A stretch of DNA of 64,000 nucleotides from Octopus bimaculoides (taxonomy: Eukaryota): the NCBI RefSeq assembly GCF_001194135.2, contig NC_068983.1, forward strand, positions 154,579,935 to 154,643,934, written 5' to 3'. Below the pieces are notes generated by a model. It was not told where the DNA came from and searched no databases. It saw nothing but the letters and a program-made list of their open reading frames with translations. The position numbers were made by a program, and so were the translations under genes. Positions 39,740 to 51,600 of the stretch are shown one piece after another. Position 1 is the first letter of the stretch. Each line of letters opens with the position of its first letter.

Positions 39740-39789
<50 letters not shown>

Positions 39790-40143
39790 CTGCACACACA
39801 TACATACACACACGCCAATTTTGAAATCTAAAAAATATTGCACGATTCAGAGAAATGAAAGTAAAAGCAGACACTCATGGGTGACAAATGATATGTTTGC
39901 AGTTTCACCATTCAAAGGACAAATTCACTTTTATGCTAATCATTGTTGAGGCACCGAGAATAAGGATCACCTATTTTAAGGGGAAAATGGAGAAGGGAAA
40001 AAATAAGTGCAAAAGAAAGGAGCAGATAGATTTTTCATGTCCTTTTCACAATTGTTAATGCTTTATTTTTTATTCTAAATTTTACAAGAATGTTTATATA
40101 TTTTCGGTATCGTTTTGATTATGTATAGCACACACACGCACGC

Positions 40144-40174
<31 letters not shown>

Positions 40175-41349
40175 AACACACGCGCGCACACACGCGCACG
40201 CACACACCACTCACTCACTCACACGCACACACACTCACACACACACATATATGTGTCTGTGTATATATATATTTATACACAGTGTGTATAATATATACAG
40301 AGAGAGGGGAAGGAGAGGGGAGAGAGAGGGGGAGAGGAGGAGGAAGAGAGAGGGAGAGAGAGATAGGGGAAAGAGAGAGGGAGAGATTGGAAGGAGAGAG
40401 AGATAGGGGAAAGAGAGAGAGAGAGAGAATTTCAGAATTTGCAATGTTAAAATTTGTACATAGACTAGGATGATAAAAAGGCATAAATATCTTGTAAAAT
40501 GTTTTTAAAAATTAACAATTGTAGGACGTTTATGCGAAAACATTAAACAGTCCATTGCTCATATGTCTATATCTTTTTATTGTTTCTTTTATTTTTCACA
40601 AGTGCCTTCTTTACTCTTATCTATAATTTTATTCCTCTTTCTAAACCTGCATGAGCGTAGACAGGCGTACGAATATGCATTTGTCGACGCTATATAATTT
40701 GACATTCATACAGCTTTTGAATATTGCATTGAAGAGATATTCCCTCCGATAACATATTTTAACCTCGAAGCGTCGAAATACATTCATGGATTAATTCTGC
40801 ATTCATGGATAAATTCTGCATTCATGAGGCAAACATCATCATAAGAGTTTGAAAGGAGCTGTCAGAAAGTATTCCCTGATTAATGGTTAAGGATATATAC
40901 GCAGTGAAGTTGCACAGTTCTGCAGCTACAGATCATCAAATGAAAGGCTTTATGTTCATTAATAGAAAATCATGCCTGGCTATGTTGTCAGAAACCCTCA
41001 AATTGATCATATATAGACAGCTGTCTATTTCGAAATACCTTTGCAAACCAGAAACAATATCTGATACAAAAAAAAAGAGCTACAAGATATGGGCTACGAT
41101 AATTTACCTAGATGCAACAAATGATGCAGATCATCATTAACTGTTGTTCGGGAATTCAGCACGGTAATACTTGATGTACTACTCAAACATTATGCAATGC
41201 GAGAGAAAAACAAGTGTGCACAGTTGTAAAAAAAACATCTTAATAGTAACTTCAGGGCTCTGAAATGTCTACTTCAGCACAACGATGAGAAAACTGAATT
41301 TTTGTTAAATGCCTGCGACGTCATGCTTTATTTTGCGACCGACGTAATC

Positions 41350-41800
41350 AACCGACGGATAACTTGAATAACTATGACAACTTTGGGTTTAAAACTATTG
41401 ATATACGACCACCTGACTCAATGCCTTCATTTTTAAAAATGGTCTTTACTCTGTAAACATAAAATTCTACATGGTTTGATATTCATGATATAATGGAATT
41501 GTATCTCTTAGGCCTAAGAACCTCTAATTTTCACTGAAAGATTTATGTTGTAACCCATGTGTACAACCGATGAACCCTACAAAATCTAATAAGACGGATA
41601 TATATACCCTAGACTCTATAGGTTGGTTCGAAAATATGGAGGATAAAAATAGAACTAGATTCTTCCAATTCGACATCAACAACTATTATTCTTCCATTAC
41701 ACAACCCCGTACTCTTGAATATTCTAGAATATGTTAAACTATTCCTGGAAAACAGTAACCTGAGCTACAAGATATTCACCATGATAAAAAAAATATTAGA
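41350..41800 (+). pseudogene. Penelope-like reverse transcriptase relic
   Basis: NFGFKT..P, then WFENMEDKNRTRFFQFDINNYYSSIT, which resembles the PLE motif F.QFDI..FYPSI; interrupted. Confidence 0.55.
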
Positions 41801-42479
41801 ATAATTTGAAGAATATTTCTAGATAAAAAAATATCCAATCCTCCTCGTTTATTTACGTATGAAGGGCAATTCAACATCTATTTTATTTATGTATGAATAC
41901 AATTCAGCATCATGCAATGGAAGATTCACGGTGGTGACAGAACTATTTGTGTCAAAAGGATAGATTGATTAAAATGAAAAATGATAAGTCTGCACCTTAG
42001 ACAGGATTTTAAAAATACTAATAGATAAGGCTTTATGAATCACTGTATTAGATGAATAAATTTAAGACTATCACCAAGAATTTAGTTCAAAATATAACAT
42101 ATAAAATTTCAACAATTTCTATTAATGAGCATATCTCTGACAATCACACCACTTACTGAAACGAGGTAATGAGACGAAACGTCTTCTATGAAAATATATC
42201 ATATCTACCAAGTACTTGGCGAAGACAGAAACGGAAGCGGGAAAGGCGGAGAAAAATTAGCGTGCTATAATCCGCTGCATAACTGCGAAGCTTTGCAACA
42301 CAGCTTACCAGAACAGTCTTCTTTCTTCTTGACAAGCATTTCTCTTCTCCCAGTATTGGTACAGTAATATTTTCAACAGTAATGCTGTAAAACACTCCCA
42401 CTTTACAACGACTTATATATTGCTTTATCCAGTGGAGTTAAATTTAGCTCAGCAAAAATGATGATACATATTACAATAA

Positions 42480-43390
42480 CAGTTTCATATTTTGTAACAA
42501 GGCCAGCAATTTCATGGGAGGTGGCAAGCCGATCACATTAATTCCAGTGTCCATATTTTATCTGTTCAAGAGGATGAAAGGCTAGCTCTGCCTCGCTGGA
42601 ATTTGAACTCAGAACGTAAAGACGGACCAAATACCTCTAAGCATGCCCGGCATGTTAACGATTCTGCCAGCTCGCCGCCTTAATACATATTACAATAATC
42701 TTTTTTACTATAGGCACAAGGCCTGAAATTTTGGGGAGGGAGACAGTCGATCACATCGACCCCACAGTTTCACTGGTACTTAATCTATCAACTCTGAAAG
42801 GAAGAAAGGCAAAGTCGATCACGGCAGAATTTGAAATCAGAACGTAGCGACGAGCGAAATACCGCAAAACATCTCGTCCAGCGTGCTGACGATTCTGCAA
42901 GCTCACTGCTTTTGGTACAGGAGGAATTTCTACCACGTTTCGTGGTTCGCTACCTCAATAACTCCTCTAAATGATTCAGTGGCTAAGGACATCATCAGGA
43001 ATAATAATAACCACAGTAACAAAATGAACGATATTACTAATAGGAAGAATAGTAATAATCATTTCTACTGGTGGCACAGGGCCTGAAATTTGGGGGGAGG
43101 AGAGAAGTCGATTACATCGATCCCAGTGTTTCACTGGTACTTAACTTATCGACTCCGAAAGGATGAAAGGCAAAGTTGACCTGGGTGGAATTTGAACTCA
43201 GAACGTAGCGGCAGACGAAATACCGCTAAGCATTTCACCCGTCATGCTAAAGATTCGGCCAGCTCACTGCCTGAAGAAGAATAGTTATAATCTTTTCTAC
43301 TAAAGGCACACGACCAGGAATTTGGGGTGGGGACAGTCGTTAACATCGACCCCAGTGTTTTAATGGTACTTAGTTTATCGATCCCGAAAG
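42480..43390 (-). mobile_element. Four co-oriented SINE-A copies (42480-42682, ~42700-42910, 43065-43272, 43290-43390)
   Basis: Motif set repeated; 16-bp TSD ATACATATTACAATAA at 42464-42479 and 42683-42698. Confidence 0.9.
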
Positions 43391-43619
43391 AAAAACAGTA
43401 ACAATAACATGACCAACAATCATCCAGCCATAGCAACAGATATTGCTACGTAAGTAGTAATATCATCCCTAGCACTGACAATGGATGTACTGATAGCCGT
43501 ACCATTGTTAACAATGGGAATAGGAACATAATTTCCGTTAAGAACAGCAAAATAATTAAGGATAGAAATAACATCTGACCTAAAAATAATGCAACCGCAC
43601 CAGTATAGGTCACGATCCA

Positions 43620-44070
43620 CTTACCTCTAATTGCCTTGGTTTAACAGTAAGCATAACGTTACTTACCAATGTACAGTTATAGCAAATAACACCGACAACG
43701 CATAGATAAGTCTCAATGCCAAAAACTTCAAGATCTGTTGCGGTTAGCATCAACATTCCTTCCGTAACCCAATGCAAGGAAATACTATCCTGTTATCTTT
43801 ACTATCCAGTTCTTCTGATTTCCAGTTATATTTGGTGACTCTAAGAAAACAGAGTACAGCACGACCTCTTTTCGCAGATCCTAGCAAGAGCTGCCCCTTA
43901 CTTAGAGAGCAGGAAACCTTGTAATTTTGACATACAATCTAAATCTTCGTTTCTAAGATTTCACTCCGAAACGAAAATCATACAAAGCGATTTTCTGCAA
44001 AATTTTATAAGTCTTGCAACGATTTATAAATCTTTTCTGAACCATATATCTTCAGTTACAATGAAGAATC
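43620..44070 (-). pseudogene. Possible LINE endonuclease relic
   Basis: IVTEDIWF (ITETW-like) and KRGRAVLCFLR (RGGGV-like) fragments; heavily decayed. Confidence 0.35.
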
Positions 44071-44271
44071 GGTGGCTTTCAGTTATCCCATTCACTCTCT
44101 AATTTCAACTGCTACTATAGCTCTTACACAACTCATTATTTTCCATTTATTACGCCTCCTCCCCCTTCATTCCTCTCTATATTTCCTTACTCCATTTATC
44201 TCAAATCCCTATGGCTTCTATCTTTCCTTTTTAAACCCTCACTGTATCTTATTCACAATAAGACAATATGT

Positions 44272-44773
44272 TGTTGTTGTTGGCANNNNNNNNNNNNNNN
44301 NNNNNNNNNNNNNNNNNNNNNNNNNNNNNNNNNNNNNNNNNNNNNNNNNNNNNNNNNNNNNNNNNNNNNNNNNNNNNNNNNNNNNNNNNNNNNNNNNNNN
44401 NNNNNNNNNNNNNNNNNNNNNNNNNNNNNNNNNNNNNNNNNNNNNNNNNNNNNNNNNNNNNNNNNNNNNNNNNNNNNNNNNNNNNNNNNNNNNNNNNNNN
44501 NNNNNNNNNNNNNNNNNNNGCGATATTCAGCGTGACTCAGAGTGTGACAAGGCTGACCCTTTGAATTACAGGCACAACAGAAACAGGAAGTAAGAGTGAG
44601 AGAAAGTTGTGTTGAAAGAGTACAGCAAGGTTCGCTACCATCCCCTGCCGGAGCCCCATGGAGTTTAGGTGTTTTCGCTCAATAAACACTCACAACGCCC
44701 GATCTGGGAATCGAAACCGCGATCCTCTGACCGCGAGTCCGCTGCCCTAACCACTGGGTCATTGCGCCTCCAC
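44272..44773 (-). mobile_element. SINE-D with (CAA)n tail and 12-bp TSD, partly in a gap
   Basis: AAGACAATATGT at 44260-44271 and 44774-44785. Confidence 0.9.
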
Positions 44774-45797
44774 AAGACAATATGTAATATTCTTTTAATT
44801 GTTGATGTTTCTCCCGACTACATCACAAGGACATACAATAATCGCAATAGTGTATTTTTATAGATATCAATCCCAACTAAATAAAGCCGGCAGACCAGAA
44901 TCGCTTCTTAACAGAAATTTTAACAACCAATGGTTTTTCTATCCATGTCTTCTTTCTTCCTTCTCTCTTCAACTTAACCTCATATATATTTATCCATCTA
45001 CCTCATCGTGCCCACTGATAAGATAAAATGAGCTAGAACAATAAATATCACGAATCGGTTCCAAACCATTACATCATAGTGGCAATATTGTAAGTGTAAT
45101 AAAAATAATTATGTAACTATATCGCTGAGTATCATAATTTATAATCATTATCATGGTTATTGTTAATTTCCTTTTTATTAACGTATGAAATACTGTTACA
45201 TTTTCTTCCAACACATAGTTATGGACAATATTACTTTGTGTCATGGGTTTCATGTCCGCTTTTTCCCAGCAACGATTATTTGTTTTGGAATGAGACCGTT
45301 CTGAGATATTAATGATAACCATAGTGGGAATATTTTATTATCTACCAACAACGATAACGGTAGGTAAAGTTGACACTAGTAATATTACTGCAGAGGGCGT
45401 CCTATTAATTTAGTTTATTCATTTATCTAATTTTCTTGCCATTCTGTTACGTATCGCTGGATACTATATCACTAACTAAATACATTAATTTCCTTTACCC
45501 CAGCTATCAACGATACGGATGTTGTCCACATTGTTTGCATAGGACCCAATCACATCCCGTTACTTTCCACTCTACAATAACTGGGCTTTACAAAAGAAGC
45601 GAGATCCTTTCATCTGTACTCAAATAAACGTCCTAATGGCTTAAATCGATTTAACACCTATCACACATATTTCGGATTAATGTACATAGACCGACTTTGT
45701 CCAATCTGCCTTATTTATTTTTCTGTCGCTTTTAGTTCCATACAAGATCGTTTAAAACGTGTTTTTTTCTATACGTTACTCTGATCTCTTATATAAT

Positions 45798-46014
45798 CCT
45801 TTCTACTATAGGCACAAGGCCTGAAATTTTGGCAGGAAGGAGTTAGTCGATTACATCGATTCCAGTGTTTCACTGGTAATAATTTTATCAGCCCCGTAAA
45901 GATGAAAGGCCGAGTCGACTTCGGTGGAATTTGAACTCAGAACGTCATTAGACGGACGAAATACCGCTAAGCATTTTTCGCGGTGAGCAAGCGATTCTGC
46001 CAGCTCGCCGTCTT
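45798..46014 (-). mobile_element. SINE-A with perfect 18-bp TSD
   Basis: TCTGATCTCTTATATAAT at 45780-45797 and 46015-46032. Confidence 0.92.
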
Positions 46015-46478
46015 TCTGATCTCTTATATAATGCTAGATAGTTCTAATTCCACTCGACTCTAACCACGTTAATAAACTGTAAACATTTATTTGCATATAC
46101 ACAAATCATTTACGATTATAACAATAGTTTACTCCCAACTGTCTTCCGGTTAGAGTGAACTACCACAGAACATGATTAATATACACTTATTTCTTGTTAA
46201 TTTCTTCTCTGCCAAGTCTCCGTTAGGTAATCATCTCCCAACCACCCTATGCTCGGCCTAATTTTGCATTAAAAGCTACTAGTGTTCTCGTTACTATATT
46301 TTCTTTTTCGTTAAGCTTTAATTTCCTTAAAACAGTCATAAGATTTATCTTCTCTCGACTACACTACATGGGGTGGAAATGAATTGTATGTAGAAACAAA
46401 AAGAAAGAGAAGACTTAAACACGTAGATACAAACAGAAACATTGTTAGTTAAAAAGAAATGCACACAACCACATGCGT

Positions 46479-46544
<66 letters not shown>

Positions 46545-47944
46545 TTGGCCTCAATTCTAGAACCGCGAATCTATTTGACAGCACGCTGTGAAAAACTACA
46601 TTTGGAAGTATTTTTCTGTGTTGCTGGGTGTATACGCAGTTGTATAATTTACTTTATCCTTTTATTGCATACACATCTATATATATACGTATCTATATAT
46701 ATATAGATATATATGTATTTTGTGTGTATGTACATATATATTATATATGTATATGTGTGTGTGTGTGTGTGTATGTGTGTGTGTGTGTGTGTCTGTGTAC
46801 ATATATATATGTTTGTGTATGTATGTATGTATGTATGTATGTATGCATGTATGCGTTTGTGTGTGTATGTGTGAGAGAGAGAGAGAGATTAATTCACCTT
46901 GGCAAATGACAGGCGTTATTTTCTTTTCATTATTCAAAAGACTCCCGCCGTCTCTTGTGTAGATCTCTATGTGTTCCAAACTAGTTAAGTCTTCTGTACG
47001 TTGTCCTTTCTTACTCACCGCAGGACATTTGAGGAAAAAATGACCAAGATAGATTATATGACTTCTACGAACTAATATTCGCTAAGTATCCATAGCTACT
47101 TAACTGTAGACACCTAGCAACGTGTGTGTGTGTGTGTGCGTGTGCGTGTGTGTGTGTGTGTGTTTGTGCATGCGTGTGTGGGGAGACTGCATGTATACAA
47201 TACATGTTATGCATACATCCATAATCCCGTCTTTCAAAAACCGCTGAATTGTAGCGAGAAGAGACTTGAAAAGTCTCGTATAAAATAGTTCCTCGTCTTA
47301 CCCATACTAACCTAGAATGAGAACGTTAAAGGAACGAAGCATCCATGAAACTATAATGTATAATTACTATTTTTATTAGTATTATTGTTGCCGTTGTTAT
47401 AATTATTATTGCAGTTGTTATTGTTTATCTTATCATTATTATTAATATATTTTCGTCCTTTTATTAATATATACGAAATATTTCGATGATTATATTTTTC
47501 ATTATTCCTTTTTATGATTCTTTTTGCCATTAAAATCATTTCATTATTACTCATTATCATTTTTTCATTAAAATCATTTCATTATTTTCCATTTGATTTT
47601 CAATATCATATTTTATACGCTCACTGATATTTTATTTTTATTGCTTTCTCATTTCCATATCTACCTTTACAATCATTGCTTTTCCTGTGCCTCCATTCAC
47701 ACCTTGCGTACAACATTTTCTAATCTTTATATAATTTCCCCAACCCCTTTCTTCATTATAATAATAATTACGATTACTATGTTTTTAATTTTTTTTTATG
47801 TCTTAATTTCTCAATTCTAAAATTCTTTATCATTAATTCTTATTTTGTATATTAATTAGAATGTTAAATTTATCGTCTAAATTTAAATTCATTTTATAAT
47901 TCTCATACATCGAGACAAACATATAAACAAATAAGCAGAAATAT

Positions 47945-48327
47945 GGCTGGCATTCCGTCGCTTACAACGTCGAGGGTTCCAGTTGATCCGATCAACGGAA
48001 CAGCCTGCTCGTGAAATTAACGTGCAAGTGGCTGAGCACTCCACAGACACGTGTACCCTTAACGTAGTTCTCGGGGATATTCAGCGTGACACAGTGTAAC
48101 AAGGCTGACCCTTTGAATTACAGGCACAACAGAAACAGGAAGTAAGAGTGAGAGAAAGTTGTGGTGGAAGAGTACAGCAGGGTTCGCCACCATCTCCTGC
48201 CGGAGCCTCGTGGAGCTTTTAGGTGTTTTCGCTCAATAAACACTCACAACGCCCGGTCTGGGAATCGAAACCGCGTTCCTATGACCGCGAGTCCGCTGCC
48301 CTAACCATTGGGCCATTGCGCCTCCAC
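47945..48327 (-). mobile_element. Full-length SINE-D with 12-bp TSD
   Basis: AAGCAGAAATAT at 47933-47944 and 48328-48339; intact A and B boxes. Confidence 0.92.
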
Positions 48328-48400
48328 AAGCAGAAATATAGAGAGACAGCTAAACATATAGTCAGAGAGATGTAGACAGATATGCAGATATCTGCATATA

Positions 48401-48582
48401 CGAGGAGGTGCTGAAAAGTTCACAGCTTTAAGAGTATCGTGAAAGGCCTAGCCTTATGAGTTCCTTTACAAAGCTTAGCAAATCTGAAGGGCCGCTGCAA
48501 TAAGTGTGCGAATCTGAGAGTTGAATTTGTTGAATAAAATCATAATTAACTGATCCTCTTGTATTCCCTTTTACTCAAAGCT
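48401..48582 (+). mobile_element. Truncated copy of the mariner-derived MITE
   Basis: TA|CGAGGAGGTGCTGAAAAGTTC..CTGAAGGGCCGCTGCAATAAGTGTGCGAATCTGAGAG..TGAATAAAATCATAATTAACTGATC matches 23860-24075; right TIR absent. Confidence 0.75.
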
Positions 48583-48679
48583 CTGTGTGGGGTGCGTGCA
48601 CATGCGTGTGTGTAGATGTGCGTATGTGTATTCACATGCGTGTGTGTGTGAGTGTGTCTGAGTGTGTAACCATTATAGT

Positions 48680-50700
48680 GTGCATTCCTCTCCAAGTATC
48701 GGCTACCAAATGTCATTATACATCAAGACTTCTGTTACTGGATATACAATTTGATATTGTTGTAAATATCACCTTCCAGTTACTCCAAATCACACAAGCA
48801 AGTTTGAAATGTACTTCGCAAAAATTGGAGCTCCAAACTGAAGCAACAAATCACTGTAGTCCTTTTGGGTGACTTTAGCTTCCCCGATATGTAATGACCC
48901 GAGTGCATCACTGCTCCCAACTATGGTCACCACATAGCGTAAAATTAACGGCAGAATTTGAGGTAATCCAGTGAATTTACACAAAGAAAATCGTCTCAAT
49001 GCAACGTGCCAGCTACTTGGAAAAGCTTGAAAGGTTACGACTAAACTCCATTCCCTGGAACGTATGTGGGATAAGCGGTAATATATTGGAGATAAGCGGT
49101 AATATATTGGGTTGGCAACTAAATTCCCTCCATTTTTATTATTTAAACTTTTTAAAAGGTTTTTTAAAAAATAACAAACAATTAATCAATAATGTATTCA
49201 CACTTGTTGTTTACAATTTCTTCCTAAGGTTCAACAAGATTTTCAATACCTCGTTAGTAGAAATCACCCGATTTCGACTCGAAAAATTGATCCAATCAAG
49301 CTCTCAATTCTGCATCAGTATTGAACGAAACTCCGCGCATAGCATTTGGAAGAGATCGAAAGAGATGGAAATCCGTTGGTGCCAAATCAGGAGAGCACGG
49401 CGGGTTGGCAGCACTTCCCAGCCATGCGTCTGAATGGCTTCCTTGNNNNNNNNNNNNNNNNNNNNNNNNNNNNNNNNNNNNNNNNNNNNNNNNNNNNNNN
49501 NNNNNNNNNNNNNNNNNNNNNNNNNNNNNNNNNNNNNNNNNNNNNNNNNNNNNNNNNNNNNNNNNNNNNNNNNNNNNNNNNNNNNNNNNNNNNNNNNNNN
49601 NNNNNNNNNNNNNNNNNNNNNNNNNNNNNNNNNNNNNNNNNNNNNNNNNNNNNNNNNNNNNNNNNNNNNNNNNNNNNNNNNNNNNNNNNNNNNNNNNNNN
49701 NNNNNNNNNNNNNNNNNNNNNNNNNNNNNNNNNNNNNNNNNNNNNNNNNNNNNNNNNNNNNNNNNNNNNNNNNNNNNNNNNNNNNNNNNNNNNNNNNNNN
49801 NNNNNNNNNNNNNNNNNNNNNNNNNNNNNNNNNNNNNNNNNNNNNNNNNNNNNNNNNNNNNNNNNNNNNNNNNNNNNNNNNNNNNNNNNNNNNNNNNNNN
49901 NNNNNNNNNNNNNNNNNNNNNNNNNNNNNNNNNNNNNNNNNNNNNNNNNNNNNNNNNNNNNNNNNNNNNNNNNNNNNNNNNNNNNNNNNNNNNNNNNNNN
50001 NNNNNNNNNNNNNNNNNNNNNNNNNNNNNNNNNNNNNNNNNNNNNNNNNNNNNNNNNNNNNNNNNNNNNNNNNNNNNNNNNNNNNNNNNNNNNNNNNNNN
50101 NNNNNNNNNNNNNNNNNNNNNNNNNNNNTTGAACTTGGCATACCAATCACGAGTGGTTCTTTTTAGCACCCTTTCCATACACAGCACAAATGTCGCGAAC
50201 AGCTTTTGCGGCCTTAGAACCTTGATTAAAAGCAAAAAGAAGGAGGTATTGAAAATGCTCGTTTTTTCTTAAATTGACATTTCATTTTAATGATCTGAAA
50301 ATAAACAAAATTTAACTAAAATTAACTAGAAAAAAATATAGATTCCAAGATGATTCAAAAATAGAATTCTCGAAAAAAATAGATTCCAAAATTTAAAAAC
50401 GCAATAAATTCCAAAATCTAAAAAAAAACGGCGGGAACTTAGTTGCCAACCCAATACATCTGGAAACTTCTGGGAACACTTTGCCAAACAGTGGCATTGA
50501 AACTTACACAAACAGTAGAACGGGTTACCACTTCATAGTGCCAAAGATCCCAACATCGCCATCATGATACAGGACCAGATACTGCAAGAACTTGGATTTC
50601 AAGGGCCCACTGCTCTTCAATGTATTCCCAAGCATTGATTAGACCCGGCCGCCATCGAATCTATCCAATGTTTATTTGCTTCCATAACTGGTTGCATATT
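48680..50700 (+). mobile_element. CR1-like LINE relic (EN fragment fused to post-RT C-terminus), split by the mariner
   Basis: ITVVLLGDFSFPD..P is followed directly by CSQLWSPHSVKLTAEFEVIQ..TKKIVSMQRASYLEKL. After the mariner it continues YIWK..LPNSGIETYTNSRTGYHFIVPKIP..FKGPLLFNVFP. Confidence 0.8.
49107..50454 (-). mobile_element. Mariner (DD34D) element of about full length, TIRs and TA TSD intact, ORF disrupted, centre in a gap
   Basis: TA|TTGGGTTGGCAACTAA ... TTAGTTGCCAACCCAA|TA. N-terminus KNEHFQYLLLFAFNQGSKAAKAVRDICAVYG..RDWYAKF; C-terminus GWEVLP..PPCSPDLAPTDFHLFRSL..GIENLVE..EYIID*. Confidence 0.92.
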
Positions 50701-50829
50701 TTGGTAAACTACATCTGCCAACAGTATGAAGTAACTCCGAACCCCCAGGAACATCTGTCAGAACTTCACCTCTTCATTTTTGTGTCTTTGTAATCTGTGT
50801 AATTTTGTTCTGTTAATATATAAATATCT

Positions 50830-51178
50830 ATATATTTATACTAGAATACTCATCGTCTGAGCATTTTCAGTCTCTGCTTTCTCACTATTTACCTGTAGTT
50901 TGCTTGAGGCGTTGTTATATCGAAGAAGATAAAAAGAGAGAAAATAGAAAGCTTCTAACAATGTGAAAAGTTTAATAAAACCTTTATATTTCAGGCGGAA
51001 AGGCCCATCTTCAGAAGAAAAGTCCAGTAATGTAGATTCTGTTAATTCATTCAGATTCCCTGGCGTTTTGTAACAGCAGCATTCCAAACGCAGGTGTAAT
51101 TGGCGTTCCACGCGTTGATGTGAACAGACTCCCAACTGTTGCTATAAGCTACTCACCATCTGTGGCGTAACGGCGTTA

Positions 51179-51214
<36 letters not shown>

Positions 51215-51600
51215 CAGTTGCCCTCTAAGTGTTGCCGGCTGTCCGAGTGTTGGTGTAAGAAAATCTCAGCTGCTGTTGTAGGCCATTCACCATCTGTTGG
51301 ATACTGTCATAAGAGCCACCGGCTCAACTCCGATCGACTGTTAATATTCAGGTTGAGGTGGTGGATCAGCAGAGCCTCTTTTATAAGTAAATCGCCGGTG
51401 TTCCTCTCCGAGGCTGGTATGGAGGCGTCCATTTGAATGGGTTTCTGGAACCTACATAACTAGACTTCTCTCAGACTGTTTTCTTCTGAAGATGGGTGTT
51501 TCCGCCTAAAATATAAAGGTTTTATCAAACTTTCTGAATTGTCAGAAGCTTCCTATTTTCTCTTTTTACATGTATGTTTTGCATATCTAACCCATGCAAT
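50830..51600 (-). mobile_element. Penelope-like element 3' end (GIY-YIG tail plus pseudo-LTR) with an inverted pseudo-LTR piece
   Basis: 51414-51307 encodes ASERNTGDLLIKEALLIHHLNLNINSRSELSRWLL*. A ~100-bp pseudo-LTR segment is present on minus (~50935-51030) and again on plus (~51475-51570). Confidence 0.75.
50981..51017 (-). ncRNA. Minimal type I hammerhead ribozyme motif
   Basis: Reverse complement: CTT|CTGAAGA|T|GGGC-CTTTTCC-GCCT|GAAA|TAT|A|AAG, with intact CUGAxGA and GAAA cores and a palindromic ATAT helix III. The plus copy at 51483-51518 has GAAA>AAAA. Confidence 0.65.

Noticed and set aside
42160-42195. Possible hammerhead CTGAAAC..GAAACGTC after the Penelope RT relic
   Set aside because: It lacks the CUGAxGA core and a convincing helix II.
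48790-48999. Minus-strand ORF with a GLPQ motif resembling RT
   Set aside because: The plus strand gives much better CR1 motifs (GDF, CSQLWSP); the minus ORF is its antisense shadow.
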